A DNA stretch of 64,000 nt from assembly GCA_031268985.1 (NCBI GenBank), contig JAIRWN010000030.1, positions 20,485 to 84,484 of the forward strand. Direction: 5' to 3'. Positions within the stretch are counted from its first letter, which is position 1, and every line of letters starts with the position of its first letter. The notes beneath the pieces are model-generated. The model had not been told where the DNA came from. It did not search any database and saw nothing but the letters and a program-made list of their open reading frames with translations. A program made the position numbers and the translations under genes. Shown in pieces: positions 39,483-49,252 of the stretch. This DNA is from Holosporales bacterium. GTDB lineage: Bacteria; Pseudomonadota; Alphaproteobacteria; UBA3830; JAIRWN01.

Positions 39483-41834
39483 TTACTTACAGTTTACCAA
39501 AAGATTATACCAAGCGGATTTTCTTTTAGTATTTATGCCGGTGATATAGATATGGTCTTGGGCTCTGGTAAGCGCAACGTATAAAAGCCGCTGTCTCTCA
39601 TATTCTTGTTCCTGCTTCAACTCATCGATATTGCCGGCTATTTTTGAGGGGATTTCTATATCTCTTGGAAAAAAGATGGGCAGCATGCAAGCATAAGAGT
39701 CGTCTGCGCTAAGCCAAGTGGGAACAAGCTCATTTCTGCTTTGGCTGTTGATGTTTGCCAGGACAACAAAAGGGGCTTGAAGGCCTTTTGCCCCATGGAC
39801 TGTCATTACACGAATCTTGTTTTCTATTCCGAATTCACGCTTCAATTTTGGGCATTTTTTCAAAAACCAGGGAATAAAACTTGAAAGGGTCGAAATATTA
39901 CTGATTTCATATTTAAGCAAAAGTTCCATAAACTCACTGATTGCATCAATAGCACCGCCTCCAAGGCGGGCGATAATATTTTTCCGCGCCCCATAATCTG
40001 GATGATCCAGCGTCTCCTCAAAGAAGCTATAAAGTGATAAGCTTCCTCCAATTTGAAGCCATTTGTTTAAAAGACGAAACATATCGCAAATTTCCGGCGA
40101 AGTTGAGTTGGCGGCCAATTCTTTTATGTGCTGGTAAAGGCTTTCCTTGCGATTTATGCAAAGATTCATAAGGGCGTTTTCGTCTATTGCCATAAGTGGG
40201 GACTTCAGTAAGCAGGCCAAATTGAAATCGTCATATGGATTAAGCACGAATTTTCCAAGGCTTATAAGGTCTTCGATTACAATTTCATCGGTAAGGGTAA
40301 GTTGATCTATTCCTTTAACAGGCAATCTTTTGTCTTGAAGCTCTTTTATAATTTGCGCCATTAGGGTTCCTCTCTGCTGAAGCAGTATTAGAAAATCGCC
40401 GGCGATTGCTGCGCGACGTTTCGATGGAACCAACAATTTTTGATTTATTATTTTTGCTATTTTATTCGCAATCTCTTTTGCAAGCAGCGATTCTTGGTTT
40501 GTTACAGCGTGGGCTTCGGTCGGAATCGTCATAGGAGGAAGCTGTTCGGCTGTAGCGTCAATTAAGGGCCAAAACTCGACCTGCCCTTTGTCCTGCTCCC
40601 TAAAAGAGGTATGTTTTGTCGGATAATCTCCGATTCCTGGTGTTTTTTGGGAATCGCAGAAAACTTTGTCGACAAAATTCAACACCTCAGGCGTAGACCG
40701 ATAAGAAAGATTGAGCCTTACGTCATGCCAATTCAGGTTTGCTTCAATAGTTTTATCCTTAAAATATTTATATGCATTTATAAACGACGGATGGTTGGCT
40801 CCTTGAAAACCATAGATTGATTGCTTGTGATCGCCAACGACAAATAGTGTTTTTATGTTGTCTGAAAAAAAGTTTGCGCTTAGCGCCTTCAACACTTCCC
40901 ACTGTAATGGGTTTGTATCCTGCGCTTCATCAATCAATATATGCGAAATTTCGCCGTCCAGTTTATACATAACCCAATTGTTGTCCGGATTGCGCAGTAG
41001 CATTAATGCTTTGAATATTAAATCGTCATAATCAAGCCGATCGCGTTTAAGTTGAGCGTACCGTACGTACACATCTTTAACCGCCAGCGCAAAAGCCGCG
41101 TTTGCAATGGCAAAGCTGCGGGACGTGATTTCGTTCTCTTTTCTCAAAGAGTTTGGGTCAAGGGTTATATGCTTCGGTTTTAAACCACAAAGTTTGCCGT
41201 ATTCGGCCAAGATTTCCTCATCTGTTTTTTTGCGCAGCAATTCAATTTGCGCGCAATCTTTTATTATTGATCTGATAAGGATAACTAAGGACTCGTCGCT
41301 TTTGAAAAGGCTGAGTATGTCGTATGCTTTTATTAAATGAGATTTTATGTCGGCAGAAGCAATCGATGACTGAAGGCCTATTTTCAACAACTCCATCGCT
41401 TCGTATTCGTCAAATATTCTTATTTGCTCGCTTACTTTTGCTTCTGTCGGAAAGGATTCAAGAAGCCTTTGACAGAAGCTGTGGATGGTTTGTACTTTAA
41501 AACTGCTTCCTGCGTCTAAAACCTCGTCAAACAGACGTCTGCTTTTTTCTATTGTTAATTGATTGGGTTGAGGAAGCAACTCTGTAAGTTCATTAAATAG
41601 AATGTTTTCATCGCATATTTTCCACTGACCGAGCTTTTTTCTTATCCTGCTTAGCATTTCTGCAGCGGCAGCCTTAGTAAACGTTATGCACAGTATTTTT
41701 TTTGCAGATACGCCACTTACGAGAAGCGCTAATATTCGATCTGTCAAAGCCTTGGTTTTGCCCGTACCGGCTGAGGCTTCAATCCACACATTTGCTCGTA
41801 CGTCACATATTTTTTTCAGCTCAGTTGCAGCCAT
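39483..41834 (-). CDS. addA: AddA-type UvrD/Rep helicase (alphaproteobacterial AddA), apparently lacking the C-terminal nuclease domain
   Basis: WIEASAGTGKTKALTDRI, CITFTKAAAAEM, ILIDEAQDTNPLQ, and VMTVHGAKGLQAPFV. It ends at LLYVALTRAQDHIYITG... (motif VI) plus 17 aa. Overlaps addB by 19 nt. Confidence 0.8.
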   Translation of the reverse strand: MAATELKKICDVRANVWIEASAGTGKTKALTDRILALLVSGVSAKKILCITFTKAAAAEMLSRIRKKLGQWKICDENILFNELTELLPQPNQLTIEKSRRLFDEVLDAGSSFKVQTIHSFCQRLLESFPTEAKVSEQIRIFDEYEAMELLKIGLQSSIASADIKSHLIKAYDILSLFKSDESLVILIRSIIKDCAQIELLRKKTDEEILAEYGKLCGLKPKHITLDPNSLRKENEITSRSFAIANAAFALAVKDVYVRYAQLKRDRLDYDDLIFKALMLLRNPDNNWVMYKLDGEISHILIDEAQDTNPLQWEVLKALSANFFSDNIKTLFVVGDHKQSIYGFQGANHPSFINAYKYFKDKTIEANLNWHDVRLNLSYRSTPEVLNFVDKVFCDSQKTPGIGDYPTKHTSFREQDKGQVEFWPLIDATAEQLPPMTIPTEAHAVTNQESLLAKEIANKIAKIINQKLLVPSKRRAAIAGDFLILLQQRGTLMAQIIKELQDKRLPVKGIDQLTLTDEIVIEDLISLGKFVLNPYDDFNLACLLKSPLMAIDENALMNLCINRKESLYQHIKELAANSTSPEICDMFRLLNKWLQIGGSLSLYSFFEETLDHPDYGARKNIIARLGGGAIDAISEFMELLLKYEISNISTLSSFIPWFLKKCPKLKREFGIENKIRVMTVHGAKGLQAPFVVLANINSQSRNELVPTWLSADDSYACMLPIFFPRDIEIPSKIAGNIDELKQEQEYERQRLLYVALTRAQDHIYITGINTKRKSAWYNLLVNCK

Positions 41835-44491
41835 TCTTTTACTCGCATAAGATGAGAATAAAGCCCTGTGCAGTGCGGTCTGGCCAGAAATATTCCGTCG
41901 TTAAAAAACTTGTTGAGCTCGCTTTGTATTTTTTTAATTATACCTTCTTGGTTTGCTATGATCTTTTCTCCGGATATAACTTTCTCTCCAATCGGATTTA
42001 TTCCCCCATCTAAATGCAGAAATCGAGCGTTTGCCTCTCTGAGATTGTATCCGGAAAAAATATTGTTTTTGGCGATGATTATTTGAAGATTTATTTTTAA
42101 GTCCAGCCCCGCTCTAATGTCGGTTATATTGGATATAGCGGAGCCCTTGTAACTTGCGATTTCTATGTCGCTCCAATCCGACGAAGATTTTACCAAATCA
42201 AATTTTGTTTTGACTTTGAACGTGTTTCCATCTGTTAAAGTGAATGTAATGCTTTCATCAATATCTTTCAGATATTGAGTTAAGGAATTTTCGTGAAATT
42301 TATTAAGTTCGCTTAAAATGCGCCTTTCCCTGAGCTGTTGCAGATTTATACCTGATTCAAAGCAAACAACTTCTTGATCAGATATTTTTTTTCGCAAACT
42401 TTGGATTTTGCTTGCTTTAACCCAAAAATCCGGACATGGGCTAAGTTTAAGTATATGTTTCGCATATATTTCATATGGGTTTTGGAACAATACGTTAAAG
42501 TCCGAAAGACTCAGTTCGCTGATTTTTTTGCCAACAGGAAGCGTTGGTTTTGGCGGCGAAGCGGGGGAGGGTAGGGGCCTCGAATCGCGTACGAAATTTA
42601 ACCATTCGTTTCCACGTTTGCGGGCGCTTTCGCCATTGTTTTTTAAAGAAGCCATAAGTCTAACAAGCCATTTGGATGGCTGCGTAGGCGAACCGTCTTT
42701 CATTTTGCTTCGGGTCAATATTACGTTCTTGCAGCAAAGAGCTTTTATGAACTCAAGACCGAACAACTCAATTTTTCTGTCAAAAGCGCTGACGCCAATG
42801 ATGTTTTGACCAAATAATACTCCGGCCAACCCTCTTACAGGCGGCCAAGTTCCATCATTGCAATCCGGGATAATTACAGTGTTGGCGTCCAGAAGCCTGG
42901 ATTCCAGCACGCCCAATGCACTGACGTTTTTTTGGTTGTTAATGTTTTCATTTGTCGATTTAATCCCCCGAAACACAGCACTCAAGACGCCAATATATTC
43001 ATCTGTAGAGGAAACTTCGTTATTTAGGGGACGCAGTAAATCCTCTATTCTATCCCAGATACCAGCTGTATCAGATCCGGGCGTTAAAATATTTTTTCCA
43101 GTATGCTCAAATGCTTTCTTATCCAAAAAAATGATAAAATCCTTGAACGCTTTTATCCAGTCGCCAAGAGGGGAAATGCGATTAGTTGACGGCGCTGCAT
43201 GTGAAATAAACGAAGCCAAATCCTCGATCATTTGCGCAGAATTCAGCATTTTTTCTTTGATGAATTGGTTATTTTTGCTTACGGCTTCCAAAAAATGTTT
43301 TGGTGTTTGACTCTGATTTCTTAGCATGAGCTCAAACGCTGCGAGTTCTTTGAAAATTTTTTCATCAAGGGTGCATATTTTTTTTAATGTCTCGATAACC
43401 TGATGGGCAGAAAAATTGCCGGATATAACCTCGGCAATTTGTTGCAGCAACGTAAATTCTGAGCTTTTTGAAACAGAGACCGGCTGAGAGTCGTCGAAAC
43501 CGAAATCGAACAGCCTCAGAATTTCCTTAATTCGCATGGCGGAGGATGAATCGGCCGACATTATTCCGGGGATTGGAAAAGTTTCTTTGATGATATGGGC
43601 GTTTACTGCCGCTTCCTCTTGAGGGTTTTTGCACTCTATTATTGTTATACTTGGAATATCGTTCAAAATATTAAGACTGCAAGTGGATAAAGCTGCATTT
43701 ATATGTTTTTCCGTTTGCGGTGAGCAACTTGAAGCGACTGTCGACGCCTCGTCCAAGCCGATGCCAAGAAACCTAAATAGGCGTTGAAACGAATGCTGTG
43801 GTGATTGAGGCTTAAGCGGATGCTTCAAAATATCATGATCTGCCCCATTTAAAATCACATGCCCAAACGGAAGCTCAAATACAGTTTTAATCAACCTGTT
43901 GACTGAAGGAAATGCTCCGTTTATTCCAATCGCAAACACCGGATATTGCGGCGGATCTGATTTTAATTTTTGACTTAATTGGTTAAGGCTGTTCTTCATT
44001 TTGTTCGCTTTATCGGCAAGCTCTTTTCGTGGCTCGATCACACGTTTTAAAAAAGCGATGTTTTCCTGCGAATGGGTTGACGTCTCCGGTAATGTGTACT
44101 CGCCGTAATTTTGCAAGTCGATTTCTTCAAGCTCCAATAAAGTCGCTAAATCTGAGACGTTCTGCGCAATCGCTAAGCACTGGCTTATGCTTTTTTGATG
44201 CTCAAAGTAGTCAAAAATCATTTTTGCTAAAAGTGCGTTTTGTGGATCGGGCCCCTCATGTTCACCTTCATGCCATAAATCAAAAACAGATAAGGCCTGA
44301 ACGTCACAGTTGTAATTTGCTGTTCTAAAATGCCCTATCACGCTTTGTCTCAACTTCAGTACTGACCTGTGAGTTGGGGTAAGCAATAAGACCTCTTTTG
44401 GGTTAAGCTGCTTCATATATTCCGATAACCACTTGCTGAATGCTGGAATGAATGGCTCGCTGAAGCGAAAATTTATAACCTTATTTTTCAT
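41816..44491 (-). CDS. addB: AddB-type double-strand break repair protein (degenerate C-terminal nuclease region)
   Basis: Position between tsaE and addA. QNPYEIYAKHILKLSP resembles the conserved AddB segment, and the C-terminal ...MRVKEW resembles the AddB tail. Confidence 0.7.
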   Translation of the reverse strand: MKNKVINFRFSEPFIPAFSKWLSEYMKQLNPKEVLLLTPTHRSVLKLRQSVIGHFRTANYNCDVQALSVFDLWHEGEHEGPDPQNALLAKMIFDYFEHQKSISQCLAIAQNVSDLATLLELEEIDLQNYGEYTLPETSTHSQENIAFLKRVIEPRKELADKANKMKNSLNQLSQKLKSDPPQYPVFAIGINGAFPSVNRLIKTVFELPFGHVILNGADHDILKHPLKPQSPQHSFQRLFRFLGIGLDEASTVASSCSPQTEKHINAALSTCSLNILNDIPSITIIECKNPQEEAAVNAHIIKETFPIPGIMSADSSSAMRIKEILRLFDFGFDDSQPVSVSKSSEFTLLQQIAEVISGNFSAHQVIETLKKICTLDEKIFKELAAFELMLRNQSQTPKHFLEAVSKNNQFIKEKMLNSAQMIEDLASFISHAAPSTNRISPLGDWIKAFKDFIIFLDKKAFEHTGKNILTPGSDTAGIWDRIEDLLRPLNNEVSSTDEYIGVLSAVFRGIKSTNENINNQKNVSALGVLESRLLDANTVIIPDCNDGTWPPVRGLAGVLFGQNIIGVSAFDRKIELFGLEFIKALCCKNVILTRSKMKDGSPTQPSKWLVRLMASLKNNGESARKRGNEWLNFVRDSRPLPSPASPPKPTLPVGKKISELSLSDFNVLFQNPYEIYAKHILKLSPCPDFWVKASKIQSLRKKISDQEVVCFESGINLQQLRERRILSELNKFHENSLTQYLKDIDESITFTLTDGNTFKVKTKFDLVKSSSDWSDIEIASYKGSAISNITDIRAGLDLKINLQIIIAKNNIFSGYNLREANARFLHLDGGINPIGEKVISGEKIIANQEGIIKKIQSELNKFFNDGIFLARPHCTGLYSHLMRVKEWLQLS

Positions 44492-44978
44492 AAAAAACCT
44501 CGAGATTAGGCAACTTAGTCAACGGCGCAAGCCGTTCTTTCCAAGCATTGCTTACCTCTAGCTTTATCTCTCTTTCATGCTCGCCTTGCGCTTTAAAGTA
44601 TATATTTAATGTCGATGATGACAGAAAAACCTGCGCAATCTGTGGCCATTCTATAAGGCTTATTCCTTGGAAAAATATATCCGGAATGCCAATATCGTAA
44701 AGCTCGCTTGCACTGTTAAGACGGTACAAGTCGATATGATAAATTGTGCCAAGCCGTGTGCTATAGGGCTGTACTAAGGTAAACGTTGGACTCGGGATGT
44801 TTGTTTTTCCCGGTGTAAGATTTTTTATAATTGTCCTTGCAAATTCGCTTTTGCCAGCTCCTAGACTGCCGTAAAGAGCTATGCGATCGCCATTTTTTAA
44901 AATCTTTGACAGCTTTTTAGCCAAACTTCGTGTTTGACGTACATTATCGCTTTTGAAGATAAAAAAATCTGACGACAT
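44481..44978 (-). CDS. tsaE: tRNA t6A37 biosynthesis ATPase TsaE
   Basis: IALYGSLGAGKSEFAR, SPTFTLVQPY, and HIDLYRL. Confidence 0.85.
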   Translation of the reverse strand: MSSDFFIFKSDNVRQTRSLAKKLSKILKNGDRIALYGSLGAGKSEFARTIIKNLTPGKTNIPSPTFTLVQPYSTRLGTIYHIDLYRLNSASELYDIGIPDIFFQGISLIEWPQIAQVFLSSSTLNIYFKAQGEHEREIKLEVSNAWKERLAPLTKLPNLEVFYEK

Positions 44979-45050
44979 GCTTTTTAACGGAGTATATATT
45001 AATATACACGCAAGCTAACTTATCTTTGAGACAAATCGAAACAAAAGAAT

Positions 45051-46079
45051 TTGATGGAAATTGTAAACGTCGCGATCATTGGAGGTGGGCCTGCCGGGCT
45101 GTTCTGTGCCTTTGAGTGTAGAATTATGGGGCTTAACTGCGTTCTTATCGACGCTCTTGAGAATCTTGGTGGGCAGTGTTCGGCGCTGTATCCGGACAAA
45201 GAAATTTTGGACATTCCCGGTCTGCCTAGGATATTGGCAAGGAACTTGATTGCTTCTTTAATCGATCAAGCCGAAGAATTTACTCCAAAGTATCTGCTCG
45301 GACATAAGGTTATCTCTGCGGCGAAAAGCGGCAATACATGGCGCATTCACACTGGCAATGGCAAGACAGTTGTTTGCAAATCGGTTGTTATTGCAACCGG
45401 TGGGGGGGCATTTGAGTTCAACAAAATTCCATTACTGGAAGCAAGTCAGTTCGAAGGAACAAGCCTTTTTTACGCAGTGAAAAATAAACGCGAAATGCAG
45501 GATAAAACCGTGTCGATTATCGGTGGCGGCGATGCGGCGCTGGACTGGGCAATTGCTTTGGCGGATGTTGCCAAGAAAATAAACTTGATCCACCGACGGG
45601 ATATTTTTAAAGCAACGCCAATCAGTCTGAAAAGGCTAAAGCCCTTGTTAAACCAAGGTAAAGTACAGATTTTTACTCCATTTCAGCTGAGTTCCATGAA
45701 CGGGCACAGCGGCCAATTAACATCGATTGCTCTGGTTTCGAGCGGGCTCTCCAAGAATGAAGCGCCTAAACGCTTAGATACAGACGTCCTTTTGGCTTTT
45801 TTTGGGCTGGCAGCGAGCAGAAACAAATTTGAATCTTGGGAAATTAACGTTGAAAATGGCAGAATACCTGTCGACAAAGCGACTTATATGACTAATCAAT
45901 CGCTGGTATATGCAATTGGCGACGCGGCTTTGTATGACGGCAAGATAACCTCAATTCTGTCTGCTTTTGCTGAAGGCGCAATTGTATCCAGATCAATACA
46001 CAAATATTTAGGTGGGATTGCTGAGGTAAATACTTTTTCGAAGTCTGATAATTCCAATAATATTTGGAATTGTCATTAG
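45051..46079 (+). CDS. Ferredoxin-NADP(+) reductase, thioredoxin-reductase-like type
   Basis: VAIIGGGPAGLFCAFE...LGGQCSALYPDKEILDIPG, a second GG motif IIGGGDAALDWA, and no CxxC redox pair. Confidence 0.8.
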   Translation: MMEIVNVAIIGGGPAGLFCAFECRIMGLNCVLIDALENLGGQCSALYPDKEILDIPGLPRILARNLIASLIDQAEEFTPKYLLGHKVISAAKSGNTWRIHTGNGKTVVCKSVVIATGGGAFEFNKIPLLEASQFEGTSLFYAVKNKREMQDKTVSIIGGGDAALDWAIALADVAKKINLIHRRDIFKATPISLKRLKPLLNQGKVQIFTPFQLSSMNGHSGQLTSIALVSSGLSKNEAPKRLDTDVLLAFFGLAASRNKFESWEINVENGRIPVDKATYMTNQSLVYAIGDAALYDGKITSILSAFAEGAIVSRSIHKYLGGIAEVNTFSKSDNSNNIWNCH

Positions 46080-47330
46080 TCCAATCACTATATCGGCTAT
46101 AATGAATATTATGTCGATATTCAAGAACGGGCCAGTAACGAGCGCTAAGATAAATACGAATTTATAAAAAATAATCCAGCGATCCCCGAGTAAGTATTTA
46201 GTGCATCTTTCGCCATAAAAATTCCACCCCAGAATTGTTGTGAAAGCAAAGAAAACTATGCTTATATTAACAATGCATTTTCCAAGTTCAGGCACACGGA
46301 GTCCTACGTCAAATGCAAGAGGGGTTAATAAACTGCCACTGATTGAAGAATTGAATAGAACTATGGAGTCGCTGTTTACAAGCAGAACCAATCCTGTCAT
46401 CGTACAGACTACGACGGTCAGGAATGCCCCAATCATGGCAATAAGGCCTTGTTGTTCCGGAGAGTTGGTCTTTGCTGCAGCAGAGGCAATTGCGGCACTT
46501 CCAAGCCCGGATTCATGCGCATAAATGCCCCGGCTGACGCCTATATGAATAACGTTTATGAAAGAAACTCCAACCCCACCGCCTAATATTGCTTGAGGAG
46601 AAAAAGCGCCGAGAAAAATTGATCTAAAGGCATGTGGAATCATATCGATTCTTAATATCAATACAATTAACGCTGCTCCAATGTAAAATAAAGACATGGC
46701 GGGCACTATTTGTTTTGCTACCTGAGATATTCGCTCAAGCCCTCCGATCGTTACCAAGATCACAATGATGCCTAAGGCAATGATCGTGGCGATTGATGGA
46801 ATTCCAAACGATTCTAACGCCGCAACAATAGAGTTTCCTTGCGCTAAAGTTCCAATACCAAATACGGCGACAAATATGCCAAAAAGTGCATAAAGCCTGG
46901 CCAACACTTTGCTTTTCAGGCCAGTTTCTAAGTAGTACATTGGGCCGCCAAAAACTTTATCGGTACTGCTTGTTACCCTGTATTTTATGGCCAAAAAAGC
47001 TTCTGCGTATTTTATAGAGAAGCATAATAAGGAAGATACCCAAAGCCAAAATATAACGCCCGGTCCGCCTATGGAGATGGCAACGGCAACACCAACGATA
47101 TTTCCAGTGCCTAAAGTGGCAGAAAGCGCCGTACAAAGAGCGGCGAAACTTGAAATGTCCCCTTTGCTTCCGCGAGCTTCCTTAGCAAAGATATACCTAA
47201 CTCCAAGCTTAAAATTGAAAAACTTCAAGTTCCGAAGCTTAAAAGTGAAATAGAGTCCTGTCCCAAGGAGCAGGAGAATTAGCGGCGCGCCCCATAAAAG
47301 ATCGTTGATTATATTAAGAACTTGTGTCAT
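46008..47330 (-). CDS. Alanine/glycine:cation symporter (AGCS family)
   Basis: KGDISSFAALCTALSATLGTGNIVGVAVAI and GIYAHESGLGSAAIA are hallmark AGCS segments. Confidence 0.85.
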   Translation of the reverse strand: MTQVLNIINDLLWGAPLILLLLGTGLYFTFKLRNLKFFNFKLGVRYIFAKEARGSKGDISSFAALCTALSATLGTGNIVGVAVAISIGGPGVIFWLWVSSLLCFSIKYAEAFLAIKYRVTSSTDKVFGGPMYYLETGLKSKVLARLYALFGIFVAVFGIGTLAQGNSIVAALESFGIPSIATIIALGIIVILVTIGGLERISQVAKQIVPAMSLFYIGAALIVLILRIDMIPHAFRSIFLGAFSPQAILGGGVGVSFINVIHIGVSRGIYAHESGLGSAAIASAAAKTNSPEQQGLIAMIGAFLTVVVCTMTGLVLLVNSDSIVLFNSSISGSLLTPLAFDVGLRVPELGKCIVNISIVFFAFTTILGWNFYGERCTKYLLGDRWIIFYKFVFILALVTGPFLNIDIIFIIADIVIGLMTIPNIIGIIRLRKSIYLSNPT

Positions 47331-47530
47331 GGCGCAAAATCAACCGTTTAGTCCTACGCTATATCTTCAAGAGATTTAACCAGCATTTCCTATCTTTTGC
47401 AATTAAAAGGCCGGGCTCTTACGGTTGCCATAAAATAGACTCGCTCTTCTCTAGACGCAATAAGAAAATCTTGTTTTTACATCGTTTAACAAGTCTTTGA
47501 AAGGCATTTGGTGGAGGCTGAAATTGTCAT

Positions 47531-48127
47531 TTAAGCGCCTGCGGCAACCTTCCACAGATAAAAAGATGCAATCGACGCATAAGGTGAGTACCTATCCTTG
47601 TACAGATTAAATGTTGCGGAATCGAATTTTCTTTCACCGTAAAGCAGCGATATACCCTTTCTGATTCCATAATCACCCCAACTCAGGACATTTTTCCTTT
47701 GCAATGAAAAAATCATGAACATTTCCGCGCTCCATTTTCCTATACCTGGAAGCGATGTAAGACGCTTTATAATCTCATCGTCTGGCAGACCGTCAAAACT
47801 CAACGCAAAATTACTATTTAAAACAGCGAATGTTATACTTTTAATGTACTCAACCTTGCGCTTTGGTATACCTGCGGAGTTGAGGTTTTCTGCTTTAGCA
47901 ATACTATCCGGCGTAATTTTCCCAACCATGTCCATAAGTCTTTTAATCACCGTATTTGCGGCTTTTGAGGATATCTGCTGGCCAATAATACCGGAAACAA
48001 GACCAAAAAAAGGATCTGAGGCTACAGATCTTTCTATAAATCCTACTCGGTCTATAATTTTCTCCAAAGCAGCGTCCGCCTTTTTTAAAAAGTCGATTTC
48101 AGTTTTTCCGTACTTAAAACAAGTCAT
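47531..48127 (-). CDS. alkA: DNA-3-methyladenine glycosylase II (HhH-GPD, AlkA-like)
   Basis: [20 protein letters not shown] (HhH) and [12 protein letters not shown] (the catalytic Asp region). Confidence 0.75.
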   Translation of the reverse strand: MTCFKYGKTEIDFLKKADAALEKIIDRVGFIERSVASDPFFGLVSGIIGQQISSKAANTVIKRLMDMVGKITPDSIAKAENLNSAGIPKRKVEYIKSITFAVLNSNFALSFDGLPDDEIIKRLTSLPGIGKWSAEMFMIFSLQRKNVLSWGDYGIRKGISLLYGERKFDSATFNLYKDRYSPYASIASFYLWKVAAGA

Positions 48128-48593
48128 ATTTTTGCCATTTCAAGTTTTAACAATTTGATCTTTAGTTCTATCCCACCTGAATAGCCGCCAAGTCTTCCGC
48201 TGGAAGAAATTATGCGGTGGCATGGAATAATTATTGGCAATGGATTGACGGATAAAGCGTTGCCAACAGCCCTTACGGCACCATATTACCTGCGCATTTC
48301 GCAACTTCTCGGTAATTGGACAGTGATCCGTATAGAATTTCGCTTGTTTCTTTCCAGACAGATTTTTGGAAATCGGTACCACGCGCGCGCAAAGGAATAT
48401 CGAAAATCTTCCTTATATTCTTGTTACCATCCATCAGCTGCCGGCAAGTATCCTCGATTATGGCAGTTTCCTTGCAAGGAACATCATTGATAATGCTATT
48501 GTTACCTGCAAACGCTATGCTTTCAATATTATTGTCTTTCTGAAAAACCCACAGGCCACACAACCGAGCTTTCATGAGAAAGCAATAGCGCAA
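48124..48593 (-). pseudogene. ogt: Methylated-DNA-protein-cysteine methyltransferase (Ogt/Ada C-domain) with one frameshift
   Basis: Frame A reads ...[31 protein letters not shown] then stops. Frame B continues [37 protein letters not shown]. The shift is near 48286. The stop overlaps the alkA start (ATGA at 48124-48127). Confidence 0.75.
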
Positions 48594-48850
48594 AAAGGCC
48601 CCACAATTTACTGTTAAGCGTTAGCGAATATCCGAAACTTTACATAGCCCTATTGACCGCTTATAGATTTTTGACCATATAAACTCATTCCCTAGGACGA
48701 TCATAAACAATATAAGACCGAATCTATATAACAAACAAAGCAACAACTAAACTATTTAAATTCTCTGTTCATAACCGATTCGGTCCAGCACCACGCTCGC
48801 TATGCGAGCTGCACAAAACGCCGCAGAGACGTTGTCAGCGTTACATGAGG

Positions 48851-49234
48851 TCAACACTTGACCTCTACTTTAGCGCCCGCCTCTTCCACTTTCTTTTTAA
48901 TTTCCGCGGCTTCGTCTTTCCCAACACTTTCTTTAAGAGGCTTTGGAGCAGACTCAACCAATGCTTTGGCCTCGGTCAAGCCAAGCCCGGTTATTTCTCT
49001 TACAACCTTAATAACCTTAATTTTCTCGGCTCCAATGTCAGTCAAAACTACGTTGAATTCTGTTTTTTCCTCCGCAGCAGGGCCGACTGTCGTTGCTGTG
49101 GGAGCTGCCGCAACTGCGATTGGGGCTGCAGCGCTCACCCCCCAAACCTCTTCTAATTTTTTGCTGAGCTCTGCCGCTTCCAAAACAGTAAGCTTGGAAA
49201 GCGTATCAACAATTTTGTCCAAATCTGCACTCAT
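48851..49234 (-). CDS. rplL: 50S ribosomal protein L7/L12
   Basis: [19 protein letters not shown] and the C-terminal [22 protein letters not shown]...AGAKVEVK. Confidence 0.95.
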   Translation of the reverse strand: MSADLDKIVDTLSKLTVLEAAELSKKLEEVWGVSAAAPIAVAAAPTATTVGPAAEEKTEFNVVLTDIGAEKIKVIKVVREITGLGLTEAKALVESAPKPLKESVGKDEAAEIKKKVEEAGAKVEVKC

Positions 49235-49252
49235 AATCGTCTCCTCTAAAAA

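Noticed and set aside
45402-45408. G7 tract in the FNR gene (a similar G7 lies in secA at 55782-55788) as a phase-variation site
   Set aside because: Both encode conserved Gly-Gly motifs in essential or housekeeping genes and are in frame. They more likely reflect GGG codon use than contingency loci. They temper the G9 interpretation at 3285-3293.
47331-47530. Possible glycine riboswitch upstream of the alanine/glycine:cation symporter
   Set aside because: The minus strand has partial look-alikes of conserved blocks: ACCGTAAGAGCC versus ACCGAAGGGGC, and GCAAAAGATAGG versus GGCAAAAGGACAG. I could not draw convincing P1, P2 or P3 helices. A cmsearch with RF00504 would be needed.
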